A model generated the notes under the pieces. That model did no database searches. It was not told the DNA's origin and saw only the letters and a program-made list of their open reading frames with translations. Positions 48,593 to 57,313 of a DNA stretch of 64,000 nt are shown one piece after another (within the stretch, counting starts at the first letter, position 1; the number at the start of each line of letters is the position of its first letter). This DNA is from an uncultured Candidatus Saccharibacteria bacterium (GTDB taxonomy: Bacteria > Patescibacteriota > Saccharimonadia > Saccharimonadales > Saccharimonadaceae). Position numbers and translations under genes: made by a program. The DNA lies in contig CAZKNA010000001.1 of the NCBI GenBank assembly GCA_964554175.1, positions 46-64,045 on the forward strand. The letters are read 5' to 3'.

Positions 48593-49882
48593 TTATGGTT
48601 TTCGGTACCAGCGGACGGCTTCGGAGCCTTTCATAGAGATGGATTCGTGGCCGGCCATCGGCGCGCGGCCAGAGTCGCTACCATAGGAGGCGGAGGCAAC
48701 GTTGGAGTGGAAGCCGGGGATGTTACCGACATAGACAAAGGTGTGTCCAGTGGTAAAGGCGACGTCGCCAGGTTGGAGAATGGAAGTATCGACTGGAGTG
48801 CTGGGGCTGGAGTTTAAGAGTTGCCAACCGTTGGCTTTGACCCAGGCTTCTTGCGCAGTAGTGTTGCCATTTCCAGAGTTGTAGTCTGGAGCGAAACCAG
48901 ATTCTTGCATAAGGGTGGTGACGAAACCGCCACAGTCGATACCGGCGACGCCGCCAACGGAACCACCGACGTATTTCCCTGCGGCTTGGCGCCTAGCGAC
49001 TGCCTCGGCGTAGGCCGGCTTTCTGTCGGTGAAAGGAGCGGAGTGATAGGTTTCCCAAGCGTATTCTAGGACAAGGGCCTGGAGTGAGCCAGCATCGCCG
49101 GAAGCGGTAATGCTGGAGGAGTTGGTACAATCTGGGTCGCCAGAAGGAGTGGCGGCAACTTCAATAGTCTTACCGGAGAGGCGACCGTAGATTCCTTCAG
49201 CCTGGGGGAGGCGTTCTGGGTGATGAATTAAATCGGGGTTTCCTGGACGTTCGTAGTCTTTTAAGAAAATTTCGGTGGCTTCGCGGACGGTGGTGGCATT
49301 TTTGATGGCGGGATAAGTGGCGTTAATCTCATCTTTTAAGAACTCAATTTCAAGAGAGATGAGTTGGTTCGCGACAGATTCGCCGGCTTTTTCAACGAAC
49401 TGAGCGCCAGAGAGGCGGCCGTAGGTCTGGCCATCATCAAGATATTTGATGAGCTCGGGGGCGCGAGATTTGACGAAATTGTAAAGGCTGATGCGGCGGC
49501 TGAAAGACCATTGAGCGAGGCCGATACCATAGGCGGTTTTAGGGCTTGACGAAAGGTCGAAGTTTGGATATTTATTAATGAAGCTGGTTTCGTGGCGGAC
49601 GGGGTTTAGACCAGATTCTGATACTAGATTTCCCATAATGCCGGCGGCTTGCTCGGGAGTGAGGAAGGAGGTTAAGGCGGACCAGATTTTTTCTTCGGCA
49701 GTGCCACCAGCGACAGTGATATCACCAGTGTAATTTGGTTGGCATTTGAGGTTTCCTTCGGGGTTGTAATAGTAACTCTCGATGGAGTTCATTTTGTCGA
49801 TGACGGCGTCGGAGACAGCGGAGACGGGAGAGACGACGAGGATGGCAGCGAGGAGGATGTATGCTAGGAACTTTTTGATCAT
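48593..49882 (-). CDS. Secreted phage-tail-lysozyme + NlpC/P60-like amidase protein
   Basis: Signal peptide; AAGIMGNLVSES, GLAQWS, YERP; DCGGFV, LQPGDV, GHT. Confidence 0.8.
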   Translation of the reverse strand: MIKKFLAYILLAAILVVSPVSAVSDAVIDKMNSIESYYYNPEGNLKCQPNYTGDITVAGGTAEEKIWSALTSFLTPEQAAGIMGNLVSESGLNPVRHETSFINKYPNFDLSSSPKTAYGIGLAQWSFSRRISLYNFVKSRAPELIKYLDDGQTYGRLSGAQFVEKAGESVANQLISLEIEFLKDEINATYPAIKNATTVREATEIFLKDYERPGNPDLIHHPERLPQAEGIYGRLSGKTIEVAATPSGDPDCTNSSSITASGDAGSLQALVLEYAWETYHSAPFTDRKPAYAEAVARRQAAGKYVGGSVGGVAGIDCGGFVTTLMQESGFAPDYNSGNGNTTAQEAWVKANGWQLLNSSPSTPVDTSILQPGDVAFTTGHTFVYVGNIPGFHSNVASASYGSDSGRAPMAGHESISMKGSEAVRWYRKP

Positions 49883-52602
49883 GCGACGACCCCCTGGTTT
49901 TTAGTCAGAATATAAAACTGAGATGGGTCCTGTCTCGAATTTTCCCCCAAGACGTCCTCTCGAACCTTCGGTTCTGCGAGATTCTTGGGGGTCACCCAAT
50001 TCGAGCCACCCATCTCTGCCTTTGTATTCTCGACGAAAGCGTAGCGTTCTTCTGGACGGTAATTGTCGAGGAAGTTGTAATAGTCGATGACGGCGAGCAT
50101 GGTTTCGATATCGTCTTTGGTGGAGCCGGTGATGCGGGCAAGGAGGCCCTCTTTTGAATTATCTTTTGGGTTTAACTCTTCGTAGTGGTCTTTGTAGGCG
50201 AGAACTGGATCCTCAGACCCCTCTTCTTTGAAAGCGCCAAATTGGGAGAGGATGCGGTTGTCTTCAAGATAGCGCTGATAATATTTCATCTCCGTTTCCC
50301 AGTAAGGATTTTCGGCGGTGGCGTTGCAGATGGTGCCTTTAGCCCAGAGCTCAACTTCTGGGTCTAGGTTTTCAACGGCATTGACAATTGCGATGGCATC
50401 GCCAAGATACGGCACAGCATCAAGTGGACCGAGAGTAGCTTCAAAGGAGGCGGCGATAGAAGCATCGTAGACACCGAAAGGCGATTCGCGTTCGGAGCAG
50501 AAGTTGATATATTTGGCTAGGCGCGAGCCGTCTTTGATTTTTTCGTTGCCGTTTCCGTCTGTCGTCAGATTTGGTTCGACGACGGCGATATAAGTTTCAT
50601 CGTCTGGAGCGAGGTCGATAGTGGAAGGATCGGTGATAGTGATACGGTTACAGTAAATGTCGCCTTTGATTCCGCCGATGTCGTCGAGGTCTGGGCAGTC
50701 GCCGTAGAAGTCGAAATACCTAAGGCCGGAGTCGGCGTAGGTGGTGCCAGCGAGGCTGGTAAAGCTGGAGGTGGTTAAGTTGGCGATGGTCGAGAGCGGG
50801 CCAAAGAGCGAGCTAGTGGTGGCAAAAGAGAGGGCGGAGTTTACAATTGAACCTAGGAAGGTGTTTTTGTTAGAAGCATCAAAAGGCGAGTGGGTGTAGC
50901 GGTCTAGCTCAGCATCAAGAGCGAGGACTTCGCTAGTCTGGCGAGAATATTGAGCAATTTTTTCTTCAGAAGCGCCGGCTTGGCCAGAGCCACGAGCGGC
51001 GAGCTGAGTATTGGCGGCAGCGGCGCCTTTGCCAAAGGCTTCGCCGGCAGGGATACCAGCAAGAGATTCAAAATGGTTTTCAAAGAGGGTTTGAGCGAGA
51101 GTTGGGATGAGGAAGGAGAGAGCCGCGGTGACGGCGAGCTGAGCGCCGACTTTGACAGCGACATCTACAAGTAGAGAGGTGGTGAGCTTAACGAAGGCCC
51201 CGCCAGGTACAGCGAGCGAGGCGAGTGAAAGTGCGGCGTTGGCGGCGTTGGCAACTGAACAAGTTACAGCGGTGGCGCCGTAGGAGCCCATAGTAAGTTT
51301 TAAAATATTGGAAAGGCGACTTAAAGAATAGCGATTGGCTTTTTCAAGATTCGGTTTGACGCCGCCTAAAATAACACGTTCGTTTTCGCCTTCAAGTGGG
51401 GCGCCGGTGACAGTAATCATTTCACCGGTTTCTGGATCTGGGTATTCAGTAGTGACGGAGCGAGTGAAGAAATTGTTGACTTGATTTGTGGCGGCTTCGT
51501 CGCCAGCGCCATACTTGGTTTTACTGGGAGTTTCCATAATGTTCATGAAATAATGAATTGTGCTGTAAGTTTCAACGGCGGAGACAGTGGTGGCAAGCAG
51601 GGCGCCGATTTTTAGTGCACCACAGGCGGTGGAAACGGCAGCAGTAGCTTTGTTTAAGTAGTTAGTGGCTTTAGTGGTAGATGATTCCCCCTCGGCAGAA
51701 CCAGCTTTACCAGAATCAGCAACTTCGGATTTTTCGGTAACTGGATTACCGTTTTCGTCTGTAACGGGGTTGCCGTTTTCATCGGTAGCAGTTTCTTCGT
51801 CTACGGTTTTGGTGGAGGCATCGAGGTCGTCGGTTTTGAATTGTTCAGACATGATTTTGTTGTAGGTGGCGTCGTCGGCATCAGCATCGCCAGTCTGCTT
51901 GAAGTTTTCAAGAATGTTTCTGGAGAGACCGAGCTTTTGGTAGATGCGGTCGGCGGCATCGTCGAAAAAGCCGGCGACTCTTCCTCGTTTTGAAGTAGAA
52001 TAAGCTTCGCGAAATTCGACGTTGTCGCGGTAGGTTTTGGCGAAATTGTCGGCGGTGATAGTTTCGCCTTTGAATTCAAGTGCACCATCTGTTACTTTGA
52101 TGCCATTTTTCTGGAGGCGAGATTTGAGCCAAGGAGAAAAAGTTTTATATTTTCTGGCGCCAGACCAGGAGGTTGAGATTTGGTCGCCACCGGTAAGCAT
52201 ATAAGAAAAGAGGCGGGTGCTTCTTAAAGTGCTACTAGTATATTGAGTGTCGGTAGCCTCGGTGTAGAGAGCTTCAAGATGTGCGCCAAGGAGGGAAGTG
52301 GAACCGAAAATGATGAAAAGACAAGCTGCGATGCCGCCGACAATGGCGACTAAAGGAGTGGTTTTCTTGAGGCTCCAGCGATTTTTAGACTTTAGGGAGT
52401 TTTTGATTTGAGAATTGTAAAGACTGCCTTTTTGGCCTTTGTAGAATGACTTTTTCTCAAGATTGTTTTGGAGCTTGGCGGTTTCAGCTTCTTTTTTAGC
52501 CTTGTATTCGGCTTCTTCCGTGTTTGGAGAAATAGCCGCATCTTTTTCAAGGTCACGGAAAAAATCCCTACTAGTTTTTGGTCGACCTTCCGTGTTATTC
52601 AT
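49879..52602 (-). CDS. Large T4SS-associated membrane protein
   Basis: 907 aa; N-terminal TM, central hydrophobic Ala-rich segment, Cys-rich C-terminal part; between virB4 and hydrolases. Confidence 0.7.
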   Translation of the reverse strand: MNNTEGRPKTSRDFFRDLEKDAAISPNTEEAEYKAKKEAETAKLQNNLEKKSFYKGQKGSLYNSQIKNSLKSKNRWSLKKTTPLVAIVGGIAACLFIIFGSTSLLGAHLEALYTEATDTQYTSSTLRSTRLFSYMLTGGDQISTSWSGARKYKTFSPWLKSRLQKNGIKVTDGALEFKGETITADNFAKTYRDNVEFREAYSTSKRGRVAGFFDDAADRIYQKLGLSRNILENFKQTGDADADDATYNKIMSEQFKTDDLDASTKTVDEETATDENGNPVTDENGNPVTEKSEVADSGKAGSAEGESSTTKATNYLNKATAAVSTACGALKIGALLATTVSAVETYSTIHYFMNIMETPSKTKYGAGDEAATNQVNNFFTRSVTTEYPDPETGEMITVTGAPLEGENERVILGGVKPNLEKANRYSLSRLSNILKLTMGSYGATAVTCSVANAANAALSLASLAVPGGAFVKLTTSLLVDVAVKVGAQLAVTAALSFLIPTLAQTLFENHFESLAGIPAGEAFGKGAAAANTQLAARGSGQAGASEEKIAQYSRQTSEVLALDAELDRYTHSPFDASNKNTFLGSIVNSALSFATTSSLFGPLSTIANLTTSSFTSLAGTTYADSGLRYFDFYGDCPDLDDIGGIKGDIYCNRITITDPSTIDLAPDDETYIAVVEPNLTTDGNGNEKIKDGSRLAKYINFCSERESPFGVYDASIAASFEATLGPLDAVPYLGDAIAIVNAVENLDPEVELWAKGTICNATAENPYWETEMKYYQRYLEDNRILSQFGAFKEEGSEDPVLAYKDHYEELNPKDNSKEGLLARITGSTKDDIETMLAVIDYYNFLDNYRPEERYAFVENTKAEMGGSNWVTPKNLAEPKVREDVLGENSRQDPSQFYILTKNQGVVA

Positions 52603-52670
52603 ATGTAATAATTATAACACTTTTAAGGGAGAAATGCTAGAGTTAGCGCGGTGCTTTGTCTTGTGGATTA

Positions 52671-52691
52671 GTCTGGCGCTTCGCGCCAGAC
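52671..52691. repeat. GC-rich hairpin with GCGAAGC core downstream of virB4
   Basis: GTCTGGCGC-TTC-GCGCCAGAC. Confidence 0.6.
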
Positions 52692-52721
52692 GCCGCGGCG
52701 GAGCCTAGCTCAGCAAAAGAA

Positions 52722-54554
52722 CTACGCTCTTTTGCCGGCGTCGGCTCCTGGCGTCGTGGTGATTAGAGAGGTTTCGGTGTCGGAAGCGATGACTTGGATA
52801 TGGACGTGGTTTTGGCCGGCGAAGAAGAGGCCGTTTCCTACTGGGAAGTTGGCGAGAAGCTTCTTTTCTTGCTCGGTGAGCTTGAAGACATCGGAGAGGA
52901 CGTCAACGGCGGACGGGTTTTGCTTTAGAAGTAGTTGCATAGAAGAGTTGGCGACGATGGCGCGGCCCATTTTGGAAGCCATAAAGTCCTCGACGTCCTG
53001 CGTAACCGTGGTAAGGCCGAGGTAGTACTTTCTAGCGCGCTTGGCTAGAGAGAAGAGGAAGTTCGCGGAGTCTTCGTGGTCCATGAGCTGCCAAGCCTCA
53101 TCAACGATAAGGATGCGGCGCTTCTGATTAGCACGAATAATATTCCAAATGTGAGAAAGCACGATATACATAGCGACTGGCCGGAGTTGGTCCTCAAGGT
53201 CGCGGATGTTGAAGACGACCATCTGATTATTGATGTCAATGTTGGATTGCTGAGAGAAGATACCGGCAAAAGTACCAGTGGTGTATTTCTTGAGACGCTG
53301 GGCGAGAACTGGGCCACTGCCTCCCATATGGAGGAGGGTGTCGTAGAGATTTAGAATGGTTGGAGGAGTGGACTGGTGAGTGAGTGGGTCTGAAGTAATA
53401 CCGGCGCGGGCGTAAGTGTCGATGAGGGCTTGATCGAGGTCGGCTTCTTCGGAGGCAGTAAGGGCTGGAACGAGTGTGCCGCCAGGACCAACTTGGGAAC
53501 CGCCGAGCATGAGACGGAAGAGGCCGTGGAGGGTGACGAGGTTGACACTGAGCGCATCATTGGCATCCTCAGAATCAACGACTTTCGGAAGATCAACTTG
53601 GTTGATGCGGACGTCGGAGTTGAGACTTAAGCGAATGTAGGAACCGCCGACGGCGTCGCAGAGTTTTTGGTATTCGTTTTCTGGGTCGATGATGAGGATT
53701 TCGGAACCGACCATCATGGAGCGAAGAGCTTCAAGCTTAACGGCAAAAGATTTACCAGCACCAGATTTTGCAAAGACGACCATGTTGGCATTTTCAAGCG
53801 TGAAGCGGTCGAAAATGACGAGGCCAGTGTTGTGCATGTTGATACCATATAATATACCTTTTTCCTGAGTGAGGTCGGCGGAAGTGAATGGGAAGGAAGT
53901 GGAAATGGCGCCGGTGTTCATGTTGCGGCGGATTTGGAGCTGGTCGGTGCACTGTGGGAGGCAGGAGTTCATGCCCTGCTCTTGCTGGGAAGAAGCGACC
54001 TTAGAGAAAATCATCTGCTGGCCAAAGATAGTTTCAATTTTTCTTTGGACAAAGTTTAGCTCGTCTAGCGAGTCGGCCCAAAGAGTGACGTAAAGACCGA
54101 AGCGGAAGAATTTCTCGCGGCCGACCTGGAGGTCGTCGCGAAGCTCTTCGGCGTCGCCGATGGCGGCTTCTAGCTCTGGGTCACGAATGCGGCCTTTTTC
54201 AGAGTTTACCGCGATGCTTGCCTCAAGCTGAGTAACCTTTTTCTGGAGGTTTTTCATGACGATGGCGGTATCGACTGGGTAAATATACATAGAGATATCA
54301 AGCACTTCGTCGATATTAATAATTGGAGAGAGCCAGCCAGTATAGAGAGAGCGTGGATAACCATATATATATAGTGTGCGGCCGTATTTAGTGCCAAGAC
54401 GGAAGTAACTGGAGTGAATTTCAATGGAACTTGGGGAGATGAGGTCGCGCAGGGTAGTGATGCCTTGCTCAAAAGCGCGCTGGATTTCTAGCTCTTCAGC
54501 GTTTTGCATCTGAGATGCTTGTAGTTTGGCTTTCTTTTCTTTTCTTTTACCCAT
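52722..54554 (-). CDS. virB4: VirB4-like type IV secretion ATPase
   Basis: NANMVVFAKSGAGKS, IIDPENEY, IVDEAW, RARKY, TQD; start at ATG 54554. Confidence 0.9.
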   Translation of the reverse strand: MGKRKEKKAKLQASQMQNAEELEIQRAFEQGITTLRDLISPSSIEIHSSYFRLGTKYGRTLYIYGYPRSLYTGWLSPIINIDEVLDISMYIYPVDTAIVMKNLQKKVTQLEASIAVNSEKGRIRDPELEAAIGDAEELRDDLQVGREKFFRFGLYVTLWADSLDELNFVQRKIETIFGQQMIFSKVASSQQEQGMNSCLPQCTDQLQIRRNMNTGAISTSFPFTSADLTQEKGILYGINMHNTGLVIFDRFTLENANMVVFAKSGAGKSFAVKLEALRSMMVGSEILIIDPENEYQKLCDAVGGSYIRLSLNSDVRINQVDLPKVVDSEDANDALSVNLVTLHGLFRLMLGGSQVGPGGTLVPALTASEEADLDQALIDTYARAGITSDPLTHQSTPPTILNLYDTLLHMGGSGPVLAQRLKKYTTGTFAGIFSQQSNIDINNQMVVFNIRDLEDQLRPVAMYIVLSHIWNIIRANQKRRILIVDEAWQLMDHEDSANFLFSLAKRARKYYLGLTTVTQDVEDFMASKMGRAIVANSSMQLLLKQNPSAVDVLSDVFKLTEQEKKLLANFPVGNGLFFAGQNHVHIQVIASDTETSLITTTPGADAGKRA

Positions 54555-54555
54555 T

Positions 54556-55374
54556 TTATTTCTCTCCTTTCTTGACATAGGTGGTTGCGACCTTATTAAA
54601 ATCTACGAGCGGCTCGCGGACGGCGGTGTCAGGGTTGTTGAAATTGTAGTAGAGGCCGGCGAGCTCGCGAGTGTTTAGGCGGACGGAATGGATGCCGATG
54701 TTATAAAGGCCATTCATGACCGATTCAACACGGTTGTTAATTTCCTTGACGGCGGCATCATAAGTTGTGCGATCAATTTTGGTAACTTGAGGCTCTTTGC
54801 CGCGGCTGAAAGTCTTGAAGAAGTTCTTGGTTTGTTGGAGGACTTTTTCGGCATTCGGATCTGGATAATAAGGGATAACAATAAAGAAGGATTTATCCAT
54901 AATGTTGGCTTCTTGAGAAAGAGCGTCGATGAAGTCGATATAATCATCCATGAGAACACCAAGAAGCATATTATCATTGCTACGGCGAATTTCGGCGAGA
55001 CGCTCGATGTAAGGTCCGATATCGACGCGCTGGGAGCGGATGAGAATTTGAGTGGTAAAGTTTAGAGAGTTGATGAACTGTTGGTAGGAGAATTCGACGC
55101 CATCTCTTTCCATTTCGGACATGAGGTCGTAGTTGATGGATTGGCAGGCGATGACGGCGCGGAAAGAGCCGTCTTTCATGATGACGAGACCGTCGCGGAG
55201 CTCGGAGATTAAGAGAGTGGATTGAGTGGAAATGGGGAGATCAGGATTAGCCTGCATCATAGCAGGGTTTGGCTGCTGGTAGGCAGCTGAAGCCATCTGC
55301 TGTGGCGCTGGTTGTTGGGCCTGATTTGGCGCCGGTTGAGTCGGCATCGGGGCGGGTTGGTTATTTGGGTTCAT
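54556..55374 (-). CDS. T4SS protein (TraC-like / VirB4 N-terminal-like partner)
   Basis: 'STQSTLLISELRDGLVIMKDG...SINYDL...QILIRSQRVDI'; between prgI and virB4. Confidence 0.7.
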   Translation of the reverse strand: MNPNNQPAPMPTQPAPNQAQQPAPQQMASAAYQQPNPAMMQANPDLPISTQSTLLISELRDGLVIMKDGSFRAVIACQSINYDLMSEMERDGVEFSYQQFINSLNFTTQILIRSQRVDIGPYIERLAEIRRSNDNMLLGVLMDDYIDFIDALSQEANIMDKSFFIVIPYYPDPNAEKVLQQTKNFFKTFSRGKEPQVTKIDRTTYDAAVKEINNRVESVMNGLYNIGIHSVRLNTRELAGLYYNFNNPDTAVREPLVDFNKVATTYVKKGEK

Positions 55375-55389
55375 CTTCTCTCCTTTTCT

Positions 55390-56418
55390 TTAGTGTAATG
55401 ATATATAAACCTCATCATCTTTATTAATACGCTTAGCCTGTTTTGCGATAGTCGCGACAGAAAACTCTTTGTTCTTGGCAAGTTCAGCGAGGCGAGCCTT
55501 GTTCTCGGCGGCACGCTTCATAGCGACGAGATCGGGGGTAATGACAACATCGGATTTGAGAGGTTCAATCGCGGCGAGCTCCTCTGGGGTTGGAAGGACA
55601 ACTTCTGGCTCTGCTTCTGGGGCGGGGCGAGGAGTACCCATTGGGATTACTGGCTCGGCTGGGGTAGCTGGCTCGGCTGAGGCTGGAGCTGGAGCGGCCG
55701 GAATCGTGGTTTGAACTGGAGTTGGTGTTGGGGCTGGCATTGGGGCTGGGGTGACGGCTCTTGCTGGAGCGGCCGGAGTAACAGTTTGGACGGGTTGAGG
55801 GATGTAGCCGGCGGTGCCAGGGTTGTTCTGAGCCGCAAAGCTAGCGCGCATTTGATTGATAATTTCGGTGCGCTGGGAACTTTGGTTATTATTCATAATT
55901 TGAGTGAGCTGGTCTGGGCGCGAAGGCTCGAGAACGTCGGGAGTAGAAATGTTTTCAGTGTAGAAAGCCGGTTTCATTGGCTGAGCGGGAGCAGAGGTGC
56001 GAAGACTGTTGCCTTCGGTGTCGACAACATTGGCGAGGAAGGAAAGGCGAGTTGAAGCCTCTTCCCCGGTGATATTCCTAGTCCTAGGTTGTTCGATGAC
56101 TTTAGGAGCGGTAATCTGAATAGTAGATTCGCGTTGACCAGGATTCCAAAAACGATTCCTGGGTTTTAAATGATAAGAGACGATGGCTGCGAGGTAGGTT
56201 TCCATCGGCTGATCTTTTTTAAGAGGGAGTGCAAGAACGGCAAAGAAAATGGCAATTGGGAGTGGTAACAGAGCTAGGAATGGGAAAATTTGAAACAAAG
56301 CAACAGCAAGAGCGATCATCCCGCCCATTATCATAAGGTAGACGAACTGGCGAAAGGTAAACGGCCCAAGCAGTTTATCGTCGGCCTCAACGTCTTGTGG
56401 GACCTTGTACTGTGCCAT
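55390..56418 (-). CDS. prgI: PrgI family (VirB3-like) protein with Pro-rich extension
   Basis: YKVPQDVEADDKLLGPFTFRQF + two TMs. Confidence 0.85.
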   Translation of the reverse strand: MAQYKVPQDVEADDKLLGPFTFRQFVYLMIMGGMIALAVALFQIFPFLALLPLPIAIFFAVLALPLKKDQPMETYLAAIVSYHLKPRNRFWNPGQRESTIQITAPKVIEQPRTRNITGEEASTRLSFLANVVDTEGNSLRTSAPAQPMKPAFYTENISTPDVLEPSRPDQLTQIMNNNQSSQRTEIINQMRASFAAQNNPGTAGYIPQPVQTVTPAAPARAVTPAPMPAPTPTPVQTTIPAAPAPASAEPATPAEPVIPMGTPRPAPEAEPEVVLPTPEELAAIEPLKSDVVITPDLVAMKRAAENKARLAELAKNKEFSVATIAKQAKRINKDDEVYISLH

Positions 56419-56455
56419 ATGTTAATTATACCACACTAGGATAAGTTTTGGGGAG

Positions 56456-56482
56456 AAAAAGCGCCGCATATAAGTGCGGCGC
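56456..56482 (-). terminator. Terminator of 56498..57214
   Basis: GCGCCGCA-6nt-TGCGGCGC followed by TTTTT on minus strand. Confidence 0.75.
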
Positions 56483-56497
56483 GGTGGTTATAGATTC

Positions 56498-57214
56498 CTA
56501 GAAGTAGGCACTGTCGTCGATTGGCGAAAAGTTGCGGATTTTTTCCAACTTCTCCTTTTCCTCTTTCGCTGCCTTCTCGGCGGCTATTTCTTTGGCACGT
56601 ATCTTATTTTCTTCAAGGCGTTTCTTATAAAGACGATCAAGCTCTTTTTCCCAATTGCCCGATCTGTGAGCAAAGACATTGTTATTAAAGGGGCTATAGC
56701 CAAAGACTAACTGATTTGCCACATAAATCTCAATATTACAAGATCGTTCTTCGCTCGAAATATGGAGTTTGCCAGAATAAAAATCTTCGCTGCCGGCAAG
56801 AAGTTGTCGAGCTTTATCCTGAATGCTTGAGGACATCATAGTTTTTTCTTTGATGTCGTCTGAGCAAGAATTGTAAAGTTTGTTAACATATTCTATACAA
56901 TCCTTTTGTGGGTTTCCGGCTTTAGATTTCCAGGTAATGCGTTTGTCCTCGTAGATGGTTATCTTATTGTCGCTATATACTCTTAATTTCTGCTTGGGGT
57001 CGTAGTGTCCTTTATATTCTAATATATCAGACACCTGCCGCTTAAATAATGCGGCTTCGGCCTCATCTTCGTCCTCATCCTCTTCTCTAAGCCAAGAGAA
57101 AAAGTTTGAGACAGCAAGTTCTATATCCGGCCAAGCATTAATGAGAGCGGTCAAAGCAATTAGTGCGACGACAATAAGTATCATCCATCCGGCAATTTTG
57201 AAAATTACATCCAT
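56498..57214 (-). CDS. Hypothetical membrane-anchored protein inserted in T4SS locus
   Basis: N-terminal TM, acidic stretch, coiled C-terminus; own promoter and terminator. Confidence 0.75.
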   Translation of the reverse strand: MDVIFKIAGWMILIVVALIALTALINAWPDIELAVSNFFSWLREEDEDEDEAEAALFKRQVSDILEYKGHYDPKQKLRVYSDNKITIYEDKRITWKSKAGNPQKDCIEYVNKLYNSCSDDIKEKTMMSSSIQDKARQLLAGSEDFYSGKLHISSEERSCNIEIYVANQLVFGYSPFNNNVFAHRSGNWEKELDRLYKKRLEENKIRAKEIAAEKAAKEEKEKLEKIRNFSPIDDSAYF

Positions 57215-57313
57215 TTTACCACCCCCTAGACGATGTAATATATATGTAAAAGTGCTACTCTAATGAATCTATAACTGGTTATATTGTAACATAAAGTTGT
57301 AATCTTGTAAAGA

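Noticed and set aside
47225-49882. Prophage, suggested by phage-tail-lysozyme domains
   Set aside because: The proteins have signal peptides, and no capsid, terminase, tail or integrase genes are nearby
51736-51790. Tandem repeat encoding TDENGNPV twice; also KTEEK repeats near 28780-28850
   Set aside because: Short degenerate low-complexity linkers with no sign of phase variation
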